A stretch of 64,000 bases of DNA from positions 248,001 to 312,000 of the forward strand of contig CATNEN010000035.1 in assembly GCA_950097015.1 (NCBI GenBank), given 5' to 3'. The stretch is from Macrostomum hystrix (Eukaryota > Animalia > Platyhelminthes). Numbering within the stretch: the stretch's first letter is position 1; the number at the start of each line of letters is the position of its first letter. Below the pieces are notes generated by a model. It was not told the DNA's origin. It worked only from the letters and a program-made list of their open reading frames with translations, and searched no databases. The translations under genes were made by a program, and so were the position numbers. Positions 23,270-34,684 of this stretch are shown here, piece by piece.

Positions 23270-23585
23270 TAATTGATTACACCTGCCCCTATAGGACCAG
23301 ATGTGCAGCCGACAGCACAGCCGCAGATATTGCGCGGCGCATCTGAAGACTGCGTACAGCTGTTCAGTCCATGGACTGGGGGGACGCCACACCCACCTTC
23401 AATTATCCCAGCTAATGCTGGTACCCATTTAACAGCTGGGTGAACTGAAGCAATGCAGATCGAGTTAAGTGTCTTGCTAAAGGACACAAATTGTTTCAGT
23501 GGAGTCGGGAATCGAACCCCCGACCTTCAAGTCGTGAGTCCGACGCCCTAACCACTAGGCTACAACCCCAGTGGCTACAACCCCA
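23270..23585 (-). mobile_element. SINE family B (tRNA head + CORE-like domain)
   Basis: The reverse complement begins GGGGTTGTAGCCTAGTGGTTAGGGCGTCGGACTCACGACTTGAAGGTCGGGGGTTCGATTCC, then TGTGTCCTTTAGCAAGACACTTAAC...CAGCTGTTAAATGGGTACC, then an AT-rich tail. Confidence 0.88.
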
Positions 23586-24000
23586 GTGGCTACAACCCCA
23601 GTTGACAGATTTGGCAACTTTTTTAAGTATCGCGCGAAGTTTTTTGCTGACAAATGCAGAAAGATATGGCAGGTGCAAATTTAACAAGGGTATAATATTT
23701 TTAAGCATTGTAGCGTTTACAAAATAATATAGTAGCTTCGTCATAGCTTTAGCGCTGTGAAAGGAAGTATAATTGAGTATGCAGCGGTGGTCTCTATAGT
23801 TACTATATAATCATTTTTGTTAATTAGCTGTTCGAATATGCTTATGTGAAGATATCAGTTTTAACACTTCATAGTTTTATAAATTATGTTAATAACATAA
23901 CATAATATTGGACGATCGAAGAACGAATTCGATTTGCATGAAAAACTGCTTGCTTTAAGTTTCAATGTTATATAACCAGTAATTATGTTACTCAGATCAA

Positions 24001-24324
24001 TTATAAAACCGTGCATGGAGAGATGCTGTACTTCATATGGATGATCTGATTGCTCCGCTTATACTCCTCGATGACATGTGTCAGGCCACGGACCAGAATT
24101 CTCAGATCGAGATTGTCCCGATTACCATCGGGTAGGTTTATGGCTGAGAAGATTTGCACGCCGTTCAACTCGATCTCAAAGGCGTACCACAGGTCCAGCT
24201 TGGACTCCATGTGGATGAGAGAGTTGCTCTGCATCATTTGCTCTCTGAGCATGCGATAGATTTCGAAGTTTTTTTCATTTCGAATGCAGAATGAAACTAC
24301 GAGATAGATGCGTTCCCGGGAGGC
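24001..24324 (-). CDS. Terminal coding exon of a small gene, probably a divergent Ras-superfamily protein with a CaaX end; upstream exons likely at 24.8-25.3 kb, unresolved
   Basis: A GC-richer open frame follows the acceptor TTTCTAACAAG|GCC and ends ...SISPCTVL-stop. Segments resemble Ras beta4/alpha3 (FCIRNEKNFEIYRMLREQM), G4 (MESKLDL) and G5 (QIFSAI). Confidence 0.5.
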   Translation of the reverse strand, partial: ASRERIYLVVSFCIRNEKNFEIYRMLREQMMQSNSLIHMESKLDLWYAFEIELNGVQIFSAINLPDGNRDNLDLRILVRGLTHVIEEYKRSNQIIHMKYSISPCTVL

Positions 24325-24421
24325 CTTGTTAGAAATCTTAGACGACCTTTGCACGTGAGTGAGGATAAAGGATGCTATATTAGCATGTACCTAATTATTG
24401 TATGATAATATTCAGGATAAA

Positions 24422-24742
24422 GTGATAGGTAGAGCGCTCCAAGCTCCCTGAGCTCAATTCCGCGCGGCGAGGCCACATTCAATTGTGGCTCAGCCATTGT
24501 AATTTATGCCATTGAGGGCCAACTTGCAAGACACAGTTAGTGTGTACACTGCCAGAAGATGAGAAATTCAGGACAGATGTACACTACTGTGTAATTAAGT
24601 GTGTGCCTGCGTACTGATGTGTGCGTGTGAGCTCAGGAGCCAGCGAAATTGGCAGAATTGCCTCCTCGCTGGCTGGCTACATACTGTCACCAAATCATGT
24701 GCCCACAGCCGGCCTGCAACCCTATTACTATTATATATTATG
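24422..24742 (+). mobile_element. SINE family A copy (diverged)
   Basis: The body aligns by eye to the other family A copies (GAGGGCCAAC...GTGTACACTGCC...GAGAAA...CCTCCTCGCTGGCTG), with an (ATT)-like tail. Confidence 0.75.
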
Positions 24743-25366
24743 TCAATTATATTTTGAAATAACAAAAAACACTGCAATTGTCCGCTAACTTTACTTTTCC
24801 AGAGTCAAAGTAAGAATTTGGTTATCCCATTTTGGGTTACATTCACATTGCAGCATTTGTAGAGTTCCTCACCGACCTCTGAATCCGTTGAGCAGGTCAA
24901 AAGAGGCAAACGAGAAGCGAGGGCTGCTCATAATAAGTTTTCTTTTTCGAATCGGTAGACGCGAATAAAAAATTTATCGTTGTATTTAGTGACCACCTTC
25001 AGGTTAATTTCTAGATGAGTCGGGAAAGTCGCTTCGACTGTGGAAAACCTCGACACAAAGCGTACGCTTGCATAGTCTATGGTTAAGGGGGGGGCATAAA
25101 ATGCAAGACGAGTATATTCAATCAAGTATACTGACTGGTTCTTCCAGCAGTCTGTGCCACAGACTGCGGTGACGGACCAGCAAGCAGTTAAATCCTGCGA
25201 GCGCAAAACAATTTTTGTAGTCAGCCTATGCGTGTTGAAACGAGGTTGAAACTAACGGCAGCCCGCCCTCTGCTGTTGTCTATGGTCGAAATCCATATTT
25301 ATTCACAGTAACTACAACACTACGCGCCTCGACGCTTTACCTCGTTTCAGCCCTCTGAGGCCTATC

Positions 25367-25928
25367 AATAGGCCGTATGAATAAAGTGAGCAATTACTCA
25401 AAGTCTACGAGATTCTCAATTCAGAATGAATAAAGTGAGTGCTTGCTGCTGAGCAAATGCTCAGCATGATTGTCTCAAGGGTTAGTGTTCACCCCTCGAG
25501 AAATTGCTCTGTGACTGAGCTAGTGAATCGCGTCAGCAAGAATAAACTCTGGCCATAGAGAAATGTCTGAAGCATTTGCTCGAGTTTTCTTGAGTCAAGT
25601 CGGCAGCGTGCTCAGCGCCTATTCAGCATCACGCAGCGAACGAAAATCTCATCGTCTTCGTCTTGAGTCGACATTTTTTCATACCACGTAGCAAATCTTG
25701 CTTGCGAGGCGAGCCTCGTTCGTTCCATTAAACAGCAAAGAAGAGGGAAGTGATTTTGATCACCATTTCGTCTATGGTACAAATTCGCTGAGCAACTGCT
25801 CGGGTGGCTGGGAACTTGCTCGAAGTTTGAGATAAATCATTATTCATACGAAAAGTGAGCGGTTGCTCAAACTCAGAGTAGGAGCATTTACTCATGATCA
25901 ATTGCTCACTTTATTCATACGGCCTATT
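25367..25928. mobile_element. MITE-like element with perfect 29-bp terminal inverted repeats
   Basis: AATAGGCCGTATGAATAAAGTGAGCAATT at 25367 and its exact reverse complement ending at 25928. The interior is non-coding and rich in TGAGCA/TGCTCA words. The ends could be read as TA-flanked GGCC TIRs. Confidence 0.8.
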
Positions 25929-26421
25929 ATTGGTATATTGTCACGCACTGGGGCCGCTGATTATTTATACATTGTTGGAAGAAGAAAGTAGCTATTCGAG
26001 TTTTGCGAAACTTAAAAATTGCATAATGCTATATTTAGCTCGAGTCTATAAAGGAGGCGTAGTATCTGTGAACGCATTCTACATACTGTCACCAACATAA
26101 CGATACTTGACCGCCCGCGCTTTGGTAAACCATGGACAATTCTGTTGCTAATTAAACTGAAATCTGCATCATTCTTCTCTGTCTGCTTGCCAGCCTGCCT
26201 GAAGAACTTATATTCTGACCAACTGAATTTTCTTCTAGAAGCAGCGTGCATGCAGGTGATGCATATTAGCATGTCTTAGTTTGCTCTCTTCTTTCTGCAC
26301 TCGACCAGGCCGTATGCTCAGCAAGGAGTACTCACAAATGACTATAGAGTGGGGTTGGTTTCTAGGCGAGAGTTGACAGGCGAGGAAAAGTGAAAGCAGA
26401 GCGGCAGGCTAAAGCAGAATT

Positions 26422-26428
26422 TATAAAA
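26422..26428 (+). promoter_or_regulatory. Candidate TATA box upstream of the most 5' nesprin first exon
   Basis: TATAAAA lies about 225 nt upstream of ATG 26649, followed by a GC-richer leader. Supported by position only. Confidence 0.35.
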
Positions 26429-26648
26429 AGAGCAAAGGACACAAGCTGCCCAGCAAACATTGCACCGTTCGACAGCAGCTTCGCTATTCGAGAGATTTTT
26501 CGTAGTGGCGTGGGCAGCTGGCTCTTATAGCTGCCCACCTGGCAATAAAATATTGATAGTGATCCAAGCGAGCTTCCAGGAAAAAACTGAGTCCAGCTGT
26601 CAAACTCCTGCTCTAAGAGTGGGCCTCAGCTGAGCTGACTGGGCGGAC

Positions 26649-26733
26649 ATGTCCGGTCCCCAGCAACAGACCGCAAGCCGCTCTGCGGGTGCTGGCGACA
26701 AAAATCCCGATGGTCTGAGGAATAGGCTACGTG
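26649..26733 (+). CDS. Candidate alternative first coding exon A of the nesprin-like gene (MSGPQQQTASRSAGAGDKNPDGLRNRLR)
   Basis: An ATG-opened, stop-free frame ends in phase 1 at G|GTGAGA. Splicing to the acceptor at 34685 gives ...[15 protein letters not shown]. Confidence 0.65.
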
Positions 26734-28006
26734 GTGAGACGTATAGTATAGTTGCTTTTTAAGCCGAAACTATATTATGTGAATGAGACAACTTTTATTT
26801 AATGCAAGAGCTTGTGATCCTTTCAATTTTGTGCCAGATAGGAAGATTTTCTCTGATTTAGGACTGCATGGTAATGTAGCTAGCGTCCTGTGCAAGGTCC
26901 TTCTTTGGCTTACTTATTAGATTTGGGCAATAAGCTTAGAAATCATTTGAATTTCATGTGTCACAGAACAAGATACTTAATTATTTGTTGCTTCAGTTCA
27001 CAGCAGCTGTAAAACGCGCGGGTTAAAATGCATACCTAGAGCAGTTAGTAGGTTTGGCGTGGTGACCTTACTCCAGTCCAAGGACTGACCAGATATTGGT
27101 GCCATTTCTATTTAATTGTAATATTCGAGTGTTTACCTTCTTACGTTGGGACAGGACATGCAAGGTGAGCTGATTTACAAGAAATGCAGGAAATACAAAT
27201 ATTTGCTACACCAAGGCTGGAAATCCCAAAAAATTATTTTGAGTTCGATTTGCCTTACACACTGCTTTAATCACGTGACTACTGATTTGCAACCATTTTT
27301 TAGTTGTGAGTCCTTCTATTTGAGTTGCTATTGCCCTGTTTACACTAAATGACGGCCAAATAAACAAATTAGCAATTTACCTATTTAAAATACAATAATT
27401 AGCCGTATGAATGAATGCCTACCTGTTGCACCTCTACGCAGCCCACGCAGTCCCATCCCTGCATGAGTAGCTAAGAATTTAGTTGATAGACAGTCAGTTC
27501 CTCTCCTATCTGTCACATCCGCCATCCAATAGGAACCGGATCTGCTCTGTGACTGGCTCGCGGTAGAACAATAACGTTCAGTGCCGGGTTAGAATTTTGC
27601 ATTTTGCTAAACAGATTCTCTTAGGACGCAATTCTGATTGTAACTGATTGCTTTTTTGTTAGAGAATATACCTCCCACTGCCGCCCTTTAAACTGACTCA
27701 GAGTTGCATGTTAAGCATTGCCAAGCCCACAAGGACGCTGTTTGCTCTAGCTTAACATTAACGGCATTTTGTGAACAAGTGGCACCAAGACAAGGTGTGA
27801 GAGGCTTACTTATCTCTATGTCAATGGCGGATATATAAAAGCATTGATTAACAAGCAATGATCTCCAAATAAGACTACACATAACTAAGTATCCGACTGG
27901 GAGAATGAGCATCTGCGTAACTGTATGGAAGTTAAGGAGTAAGTGCCACTCTTTCATTTGGACTTTTATTCCTAGGCAGCTGCATGTTATTCCTAAGACA
28001 ACACTT

Positions 28007-28292
28007 AGGGGGTTGTAGCCCAGTGGCTAGGGCGTCTGACTCACGACTCCGATTAAAGGTCGGGGGTTCGATTCCTGAATCCACTGAAACAATTTGTGTC
28101 CTTTAGCAAGATACTTAACTCTGCATTGCTTCAGTTCACCCAGCTGTTAAATGGGTACCAGCATTAACTGGGATATTTGAAGGTGGGTGTGGCATCCCTC
28201 CAGTCCATGGACTGAATAAGGCTGTACGCAGCCTTCAGATGCGCCACGCATTAGCTGCGGCTGTGTTGTTGGCTGCACATCTGACCCAATTT
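28007..28292 (+). mobile_element. SINE family B copy
   Basis: Same tRNA-like head (A box TAGCCCAGTGG, B box GGTTCGATTCC), CORE-like centre and 3' region; the tail is truncated. Confidence 0.85.
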
Positions 28293-28924
28293 AGAATACA
28301 TACCTAATAAATCTTGTGGCCTCTAAAAGGAAAGATACCTTTGCTCATGTACTAATCAAACGCTGGCGTACTAAACTCAAGAAGTGGCATGAGCAAGTTC
28401 TGCAGTCATATAATGACCATCGGGACATCTATATCTCCATTGAGCAATAAAATCGGGATTTGATATATATTATTTTCATTCTATAAATTTTATTTGTCTG
28501 GAATGATTTTATGATATCCATTTAAGCTTAGCATATAGGCTTGCATGATAAGTTTTAATGGGCAGATCAGTATTTCGCTTACTTTGCTTTGACTAACTTA
28601 GCGTGAATTTTAATTTTTTTTAACCAAGTGTAGCTAGTGCAGCTAGATACACTCGAATAGGCTGTGAGATGTCCCTAGGAGGTGTTGATAATACCCTAGA
28701 TATTAGATCTGCACTCATAGTACTGTTAGAAATAAGACAGCTGCAAAATTTCCCAAAGAGCCGACAAAAGTTCCCATTTTGAAGCGAAACATCTTTGAAA
28801 TTCTGAACCGTTTCTTACATGACTGAGTCTATTTACTCTTTGAAGCGTGCAGTTCGTATGACTGTCACAAAGCAAAAGATGAATGTGCAGAAGCAGAAAG
28901 TTACAGTTTAAATAAATCTAGAAT

Positions 28925-29420
28925 ACAATCATGATATTCTGGGATGAGAAATCCATGAGATTGTGGGATGAGAAATCCATGAGATTGTGAGATGAGAAAA
29001 TCATGATATTTTGGGATGAGAAATCCATGAGATTGTGGGATGAGAAATCCATGAGATTGTGGGATGAGAAATCCATGATGTTGTGGGATGAGAAATTTAT
29101 GATATTGTGGGGTGAGAAATCCATGATATTGTGGGGTCAGAAATCCATGATATTGTGGGATGAGAAATCCATGAGATTGTGGGATGAGAAATCCATGAGA
29201 TTGTGAGATGAGAAATCCATGAGATTGTGAGATGAGAAATCCATGAGATTGTGGGATGAGAAATCCATGATATTGTGGGATGAGAAATCCATGAGATTGT
29301 GGGATGAGAAATCCATGAGATTGTGGGATGAGAAATCCATGATATTGTGGGATGAGAAATTCATGATATTGTGGGATGAGAAATGCATGAGGTTATAAGC
29401 TGAGAAATCCATGAGATTCT
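28925..29420. repeat. 24-bp minisatellite (GAGAAATCCATGAGATTGTGGGAT), about 20 units
   Basis: Direct reading. Confidence 0.95.
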
Positions 29421-30039
29421 GGGTGAGTATTCCAGAACATGACGGAATGGAGTTCGGTTACTTGGCTAGTAAGTTTATGACATGGCACATCCCTTTGCAG
29501 GTAAAAATTTTGCAGGTAAATCATTAAATAGGACAGTCGTTAGTAATGTATTTTATGACATCAATTAGACTACGTCTATTGAACAGGTTTCTTGTTCTCT
29601 CCATTAAAGTCAATCAGTGTGTACTTTTTGCTTGGTTGCGTGAGTAAATTCAGCCCGCAAAATCATCCGCTGACTTAAAAAAACTCCCTACGACATTATG
29701 TGAAATAATGATATGTACTTTAGCAGCGAGGCTATTGTGCTCATTTGGACATTTTGGTCAAGAACCACTTGTGCTTAGCTAGTAGTTAGTCGTTAAACAA
29801 TGAAATTGCTGCGTCAGAATTGATACAGCCTCAAGGCCTGGTTGTGGAGCCGCTGGCAGTGATCCTATTATGTCAAAAAAGCAAACTTTTTTGTCAAAAT
29901 TGAAGTTGACGCTGTCAAAATAGAATGTAGTTTTTTCCCTCAAAGCGATACGCTGTCGAAATTGATGTGGAGTTTGTTACTATATAAGTTACTGTTGTTC
30001 AAAATTGAGGGTAAAATGGTGTAGCCGACATTTTTACAT

Positions 30040-30128
30040 GCTGAAATTTTGTGAGTAGAAAAAATTCCCTGCATTTGTCGTTTTTGTCACCAGACACACC
30101 GACGAGAATCGTTGAATATCTCGACGAG
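30040..30128 (+). repeat. Dispersed repeat family C fragment (second copy at about 59965-60055)
   Basis: TGAAATTTTGTGAG.AGAAAAA...CACCAGACAC.CCGACGAGAATC.TTGAATATCTCGACG is shared by both loci. Confidence 0.7.
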
Positions 30129-30135
30129 GCGGACA

Positions 30136-30485
30136 GGGGGTCAGTGGTAGAGCAGTTAATGCGTTTGCGTCTTGCACCATGGTTCCTGAGTTCGATTCCG
30201 CAGCGAGGCCACATTCATTTGGGGCACAGCCGCGGAGGGAGGACTTTTCGTGCACTTTACGCACTTGAAGGCTAACCTCAAGGTCTCCGGCACAGAGAGA
30301 GTGTACACTGCCTGACGATGAGAAAATCAGGGCAGATGTACACACCTGTGTGAGCGTGTTCCTGCGTACAGTATCTGAGTGTTTGCTCGGGAATCAGCGA
30401 AATGGGCCTCCTCGCTGGCTGCGGGTCTATATTGTCACCAAATGGTGTGCCATTGCCCGCAGCTCTCCTGCAATTATTATTATTA
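30136..30485 (+). mobile_element. SINE family A copy, near full length
   Basis: tRNA-like head with A box (TGGTAGAGCAG) and B box (GAGTTCGATTCC), conserved body and CAATTATTATT tail. Confidence 0.85.
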
Positions 30486-31803
30486 GGGTCTGGGACTGTA
30501 GGATAGCCTCAGAAGGCTGTGCAGGCAAGCCTGTATTGCTCAACATGACGTCTTAGGTTGATGAGTAAAGCCATGCATCCACGAGATTGTGGGATAATGA
30601 CAATAGTCCCAATTTATTGGGAGTATCGAAAAAATAGTAATAACCTTGACAATCCAGCCTTCGATGTACAAGTATTTTCGGAATTTAGCGAAAGGCACAC
30701 AACAACATGTTAGGCAAACTAGGACAGCAATTCCTGCGATAGGCTATAATCAATAGCCAGCTAGGCGCTTGAATGTGCCCCGTCTTTCCCCACCCATAGA
30801 AGGACCATAGACAACGTGGAATCCGTTGAGGATTTGGCGCTTAAGTTTGGCGCTCGGTCTAGCCCAGACTGGTCTAGCCTAGACTCATCATGGTAGTCGT
30901 GACTAGCTTTTATGCATACCGATTTCAAGACCATAGACCAAACTACCCAGTCCAGACTAGCTAGACTGGGCTAGGCTTTCTGCATACGGGCCAATAACAT
31001 TGCTAAGAATGAAGTTGATCTAAAAAACGTCTTTTTAGAAAGTAACCTTCGTTTTTCACATCTTTCCGACTTTTAGATCAAATCCTGTCTTTATAAGTAA
31101 ATTGGATAATTTTCATGGGATCAAGAATGAGTGAGCAGTGTGAATCACTACTACGTCGTCGTCGGTTTTCCATTTCATTTTATTTCTATTTCGTCACTTT
31201 GCTAACAAAATACTACTATATCTGTGGGATATGGAATACTGTAATACTGCTACTCTCTCCCTTCTTTCTCCTTTCATTCTTCATTCCAGCTCATCCTGTG
31301 GGCGCTTTAGCCACAGGGGCTATAGTACGACTAAATTAATTCTATTCAATAAGCCGTGCTGGGATGCGACTTCCGGTATTGAGAAACTTCACCTGACCCT
31401 TATTATATATATATTCTAGATATAAGCTCGTATAACGATTGTGAAGTTATTCAACAGGGTCGCAGTTGCCGACAGGCTGTGAAAGGAGAGTCAGAGGGCC
31501 GCAAGAGAGACGTCATTCTGCAGCACCTCAGCTTACACAGGCTTTGCTTAAGGTAGAGTTAGTCAGAACCGAGCCGAGTTGGTTGCTAAGACGATCAAGT
31601 TGGCAAAGCAGGCGGAATCAGCATTGCAAATTAGCCTGCCAAGCTGCCTCGACATGCTTTAAATAGAAAAAAACGTTTTTAAGACATTCTCGCCAGTAAT
31701 GACACAGGTTTCGATTATTTATCGTAGCCTCTCTTGTTCAGAATCAAATTCTCATAAAGATCAAGCCAATCGGGTGTCAGATCCCGTCAAATATTCCCCT
31801 GTG

Positions 31804-31882
31804 ATGCAGCCCCACTGGCTGGCCAAGCAGCGGCAGGAGGGCAGCGTCAGCCTTGTTGAGGCCAGGGCGCTGTTCTACCGAG
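31804..31882 (+). CDS. Candidate alternative first coding exon B of the nesprin-like gene (MQPHWLAKQRQEGSVSLVEARALFYR; frame also open from ATG 31699)
   Basis: Phase-1 donor CGAG|GTGAGC joins in frame to give ...[13 protein letters not shown]. Confidence 0.6.
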
Positions 31883-32555
31883 GTGAGCCATCGTCGACTT
31901 TCACCTGATCATTCCTAATAATTTAGTCACTATGTTAGGCTCGAAAGTTTCATGATTGTCACTCGGCTACAAGTGGTCTTTCGCGCTCACTGTTTTTCAA
32001 TATAAAAAACTGTCTATGGCCAACTCGAAAATACACATGCGGGCTTTGAAACTAGACATGTGTATTCTCATTGCACAAAAATACACAGAGCAGATAAGTG
32101 AGGAATATATTTCCATTTTCCATTTATCTATTAAAGACCACAGTAGCTGTTAAAGCAGTAACACAACCAACAAGAGGGTAGTAAAAATCGATCCAACAAA
32201 TTTGGAAACAGGAGAACGAGTCAGAGAAGCTTATGAATACACTTAGTTTTCGGGTGCAGAGATTGACATCGAAAACGGACGGAATCGTATAGATTAAAAA
32301 TTTGCAGCTCGGTCCTGGTCTTGAGACAGTACATAAAGGTGCGACCATGAATGGTTGGTCGTATTTTATCAGTTTTATCTTTGCAGGACAGACAAGTCGC
32401 CTAACTAAACTCTTCTATTTTAATTAGATTTATAGCCTAAAAGTGCTTTGAGACAATTTTGTGATTAAATTTTGACCGGCACTCAAAATTAAAGATTGGT
32501 CTCGTCAAGTTCACATTAAGCTTCTCATGATCAATATGTGCTGGACAATCACAGC

Positions 32556-32667
32556 ATGAGTGAAGATACGGGCTGTAAGAACCTCCTCCGTCTCCAAGAT
32601 GCAGCTACCGCCAGCAGCTCAGAGCACAGGCTGAGTATTTTTGGCGAGAAAATTTACATCTTCAAAG
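32556..32667 (+). CDS. Candidate alternative first coding exon C of the nesprin-like gene (MSEDTGCKNLLRLQDAATASSSEHRLSIFGEKIYIFK)
   Basis: Phase-1 donor AAAG|GTGAGC is in frame with the CH1 exon. Confidence 0.55.
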
Positions 32668-33100
32668 GTGAGCGGGATAACCGAGGAGTAAAATGAAATC
32701 CACGTGACATTTTTTTGTTTCATGTAATCTTGCACAGCTAATTATGAGCGACATTGTCCAATTACACGCCTTCCAATCTCTGTCATTTTCCCGACACAAC
32801 ACCATCTCTGACCCAGCGCCTAGCGGAAGTCAGTTCAATCTGCCACAATTCTCGTGTGCATCAGTATTTATTAATTATGCAGAGCGGCACTTGATCCACC
32901 TAATCGCGTACATCACTGTACAGTTGCTTAGCTTCAGTGCGCGCAGCTTTACCGCATTGGACTGGCTGGGATTTTTCACTTATTAGAATACGTGTGTGAA
33001 TCAGCCCGAGTGGGATATGTACGGCGAGAATAAGATCAACAAGAAAGAACTGTCGATATCATAATCAGACGGTGTCTCAAGGCATCTTTTCTGGGCCAAG

Positions 33101-33656
33101 ATGCAGCAACAGCAGCAACAGCAACAGCAGCGGCAGCACCGGCCAAGGAGCAGATCGCTGGCATCAGAGGACCGCAAGCCCTCCGAGCCAGCAGGTATCA
33201 GAGCCCTGGGTCTTTCAGCTGATGGGCGCAACGGACTGGCCTTGTTCCGAGCCAGTTGGTTGAACGCGTTCGCTTGGAACGACAAGGAGATTCAACAGGA
33301 GATTCGATCACATCAGCAGGATGACTCGAAGCAGCAAACTCGACGCTCTGAGGACTCGCTAGCCGATTCAGACTCCATAGCATTGGACCTTTTCGACTTT
33401 CCCGACGAGGAGCATAGCTCTGCTGCAGTTGGTCCAGACGAGAAGCCGATTGTGGAATCCCCGTGGATACTGCGACCAACAACGGCGATCTCCCAAGCCA
33501 AGCTGCATCCCAGATCTAACAACAGCCAACAATCCAACTATACCACTGATGCACGAGCGGCCACAGTCTTAGAAGCTGCTGCGAATAGCTCCGTCAGTGA
33601 CGCCGAAGGTGTTGACATCACGGATGTGATCGATGCGGCTATTGTCATCTTTCGGT
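33101..33656 (+). CDS. Candidate alternative first coding exon D of the nesprin-like gene (poly-Q, Ser/acidic low-complexity N-terminus, about 185 aa)
   Basis: A long ATG-opened ORF (MQQQQQQQQQRQH...IVIFR) ends at the phase-1 donor CGGT|GTAAGG, giving ...[12 protein letters not shown]. Confidence 0.6.
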
Positions 33657-34543
33657 GTAAGGAAATAATTCTGAGGAATTTTTTGAGCCGAATTCGGTGA
33701 AATTAAACGAAAAGATATGTTTTTCTCTTATTGAAAGAGCTAACATTAACAAGAGCTAACAAAGAGCTAACACTAACGAGTAAAAAATGTCAACTTGTCA
33801 ACGAAAACTGAGTTTAAACGTTACGTCATCGTCACAGAACACTATCGCATTGCTGTCCGATTTTTTCACACAAATGTCTGTATATAACTAGTGGAAATGA
33901 CATTTTAAATATTACGATATTATCTGCAATTTCGATTTAGGCCATTTTATAAAAGTAAAACAGAAGGCCTAATATGGCATATTAGAGATAGGCACTGAGT
34001 GGGTGAGAGACTGAGCTAGAGTAGGCGCTACTGTTGGTTTGTTAAAATAAATCTTTGAACGGAGGTTGAGAGCTCTTTCGCATTGGACTGCCGATTCATC
34101 GCTTAGCCCAAAATGAAATACAATTTCGGCATTTGATTTGACAGTTGAAGCGCAGCAGAAGTTTCTGGGGTTGGTTGCTTGAGAAGCCTGGAGATACTCT
34201 GTTTCATGTCTCTCTGACCCTCCACCGCCACCGGTCCCCCCAGATTCTGCCACTAATAAAAGCTATTGTTATTATTGAATCAACGTAAACGACACCGCGA
34301 GCCTTTCGCACTCATTTTTATTTAAGAGAAAACTCTTTGTAGCGGTTTCTCGCCCTGGTCCGTCTCTGACACTGACTTTCAAACGCTTAGTGCGAGCGGC
34401 GGAACTTGTCAGTTGAAACAGATCTGTACAACAACCCCATTTTTCGTATTCTTGTGCTCCCAAAAACTAAATCACATAGAGATAAGAAATAACAACCCTG
34501 ACATTTCGACAAGGCCTTACAAGAGGCCAGACACTGCTCAAAC

Positions 34544-34586
34544 ATGAGGCGGTCCAGCCTCATGAACAATGTCAAGAGTCTTAGAG
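34544..34586 (+). CDS. Candidate alternative first coding exon E of the nesprin-like gene (MRRSSLMNNVKSLR)
   Basis: Phase-1 donor AGAG|GTATAA and a 98-nt intron lead to the CH1 exon, giving ...[13 protein letters not shown]. Confidence 0.55.
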
Positions 34587-34684
34587 GTATAATTCCATGG
34601 TCTTTGAAGTGTTTATAGACCTCGACACCTAGCAGTAGATTTTTAGCCCATGCAATGCCATCCGATCCTTCGATCTCATTCCAG

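Noticed and set aside
28007-28085. tRNA-like sequences (also at 23510-23580, 30136-30200, 37171-37240 and others)
   Set aside because: They continue into shared SINE bodies with AT-rich tails and TSDs, so they are SINE heads rather than tRNA genes.
28918-29412. (MDFSSHNL)n and (MRLWDEKS)n ORFs
   Set aside because: Artefacts of a 24-bp tandem unit that is divisible by 3.
33969-34253. Antisense ORF with a Gly-rich, plausible-looking N-terminus
   Set aside because: No recognisable domain or linked exons; it cannot be told from chance.
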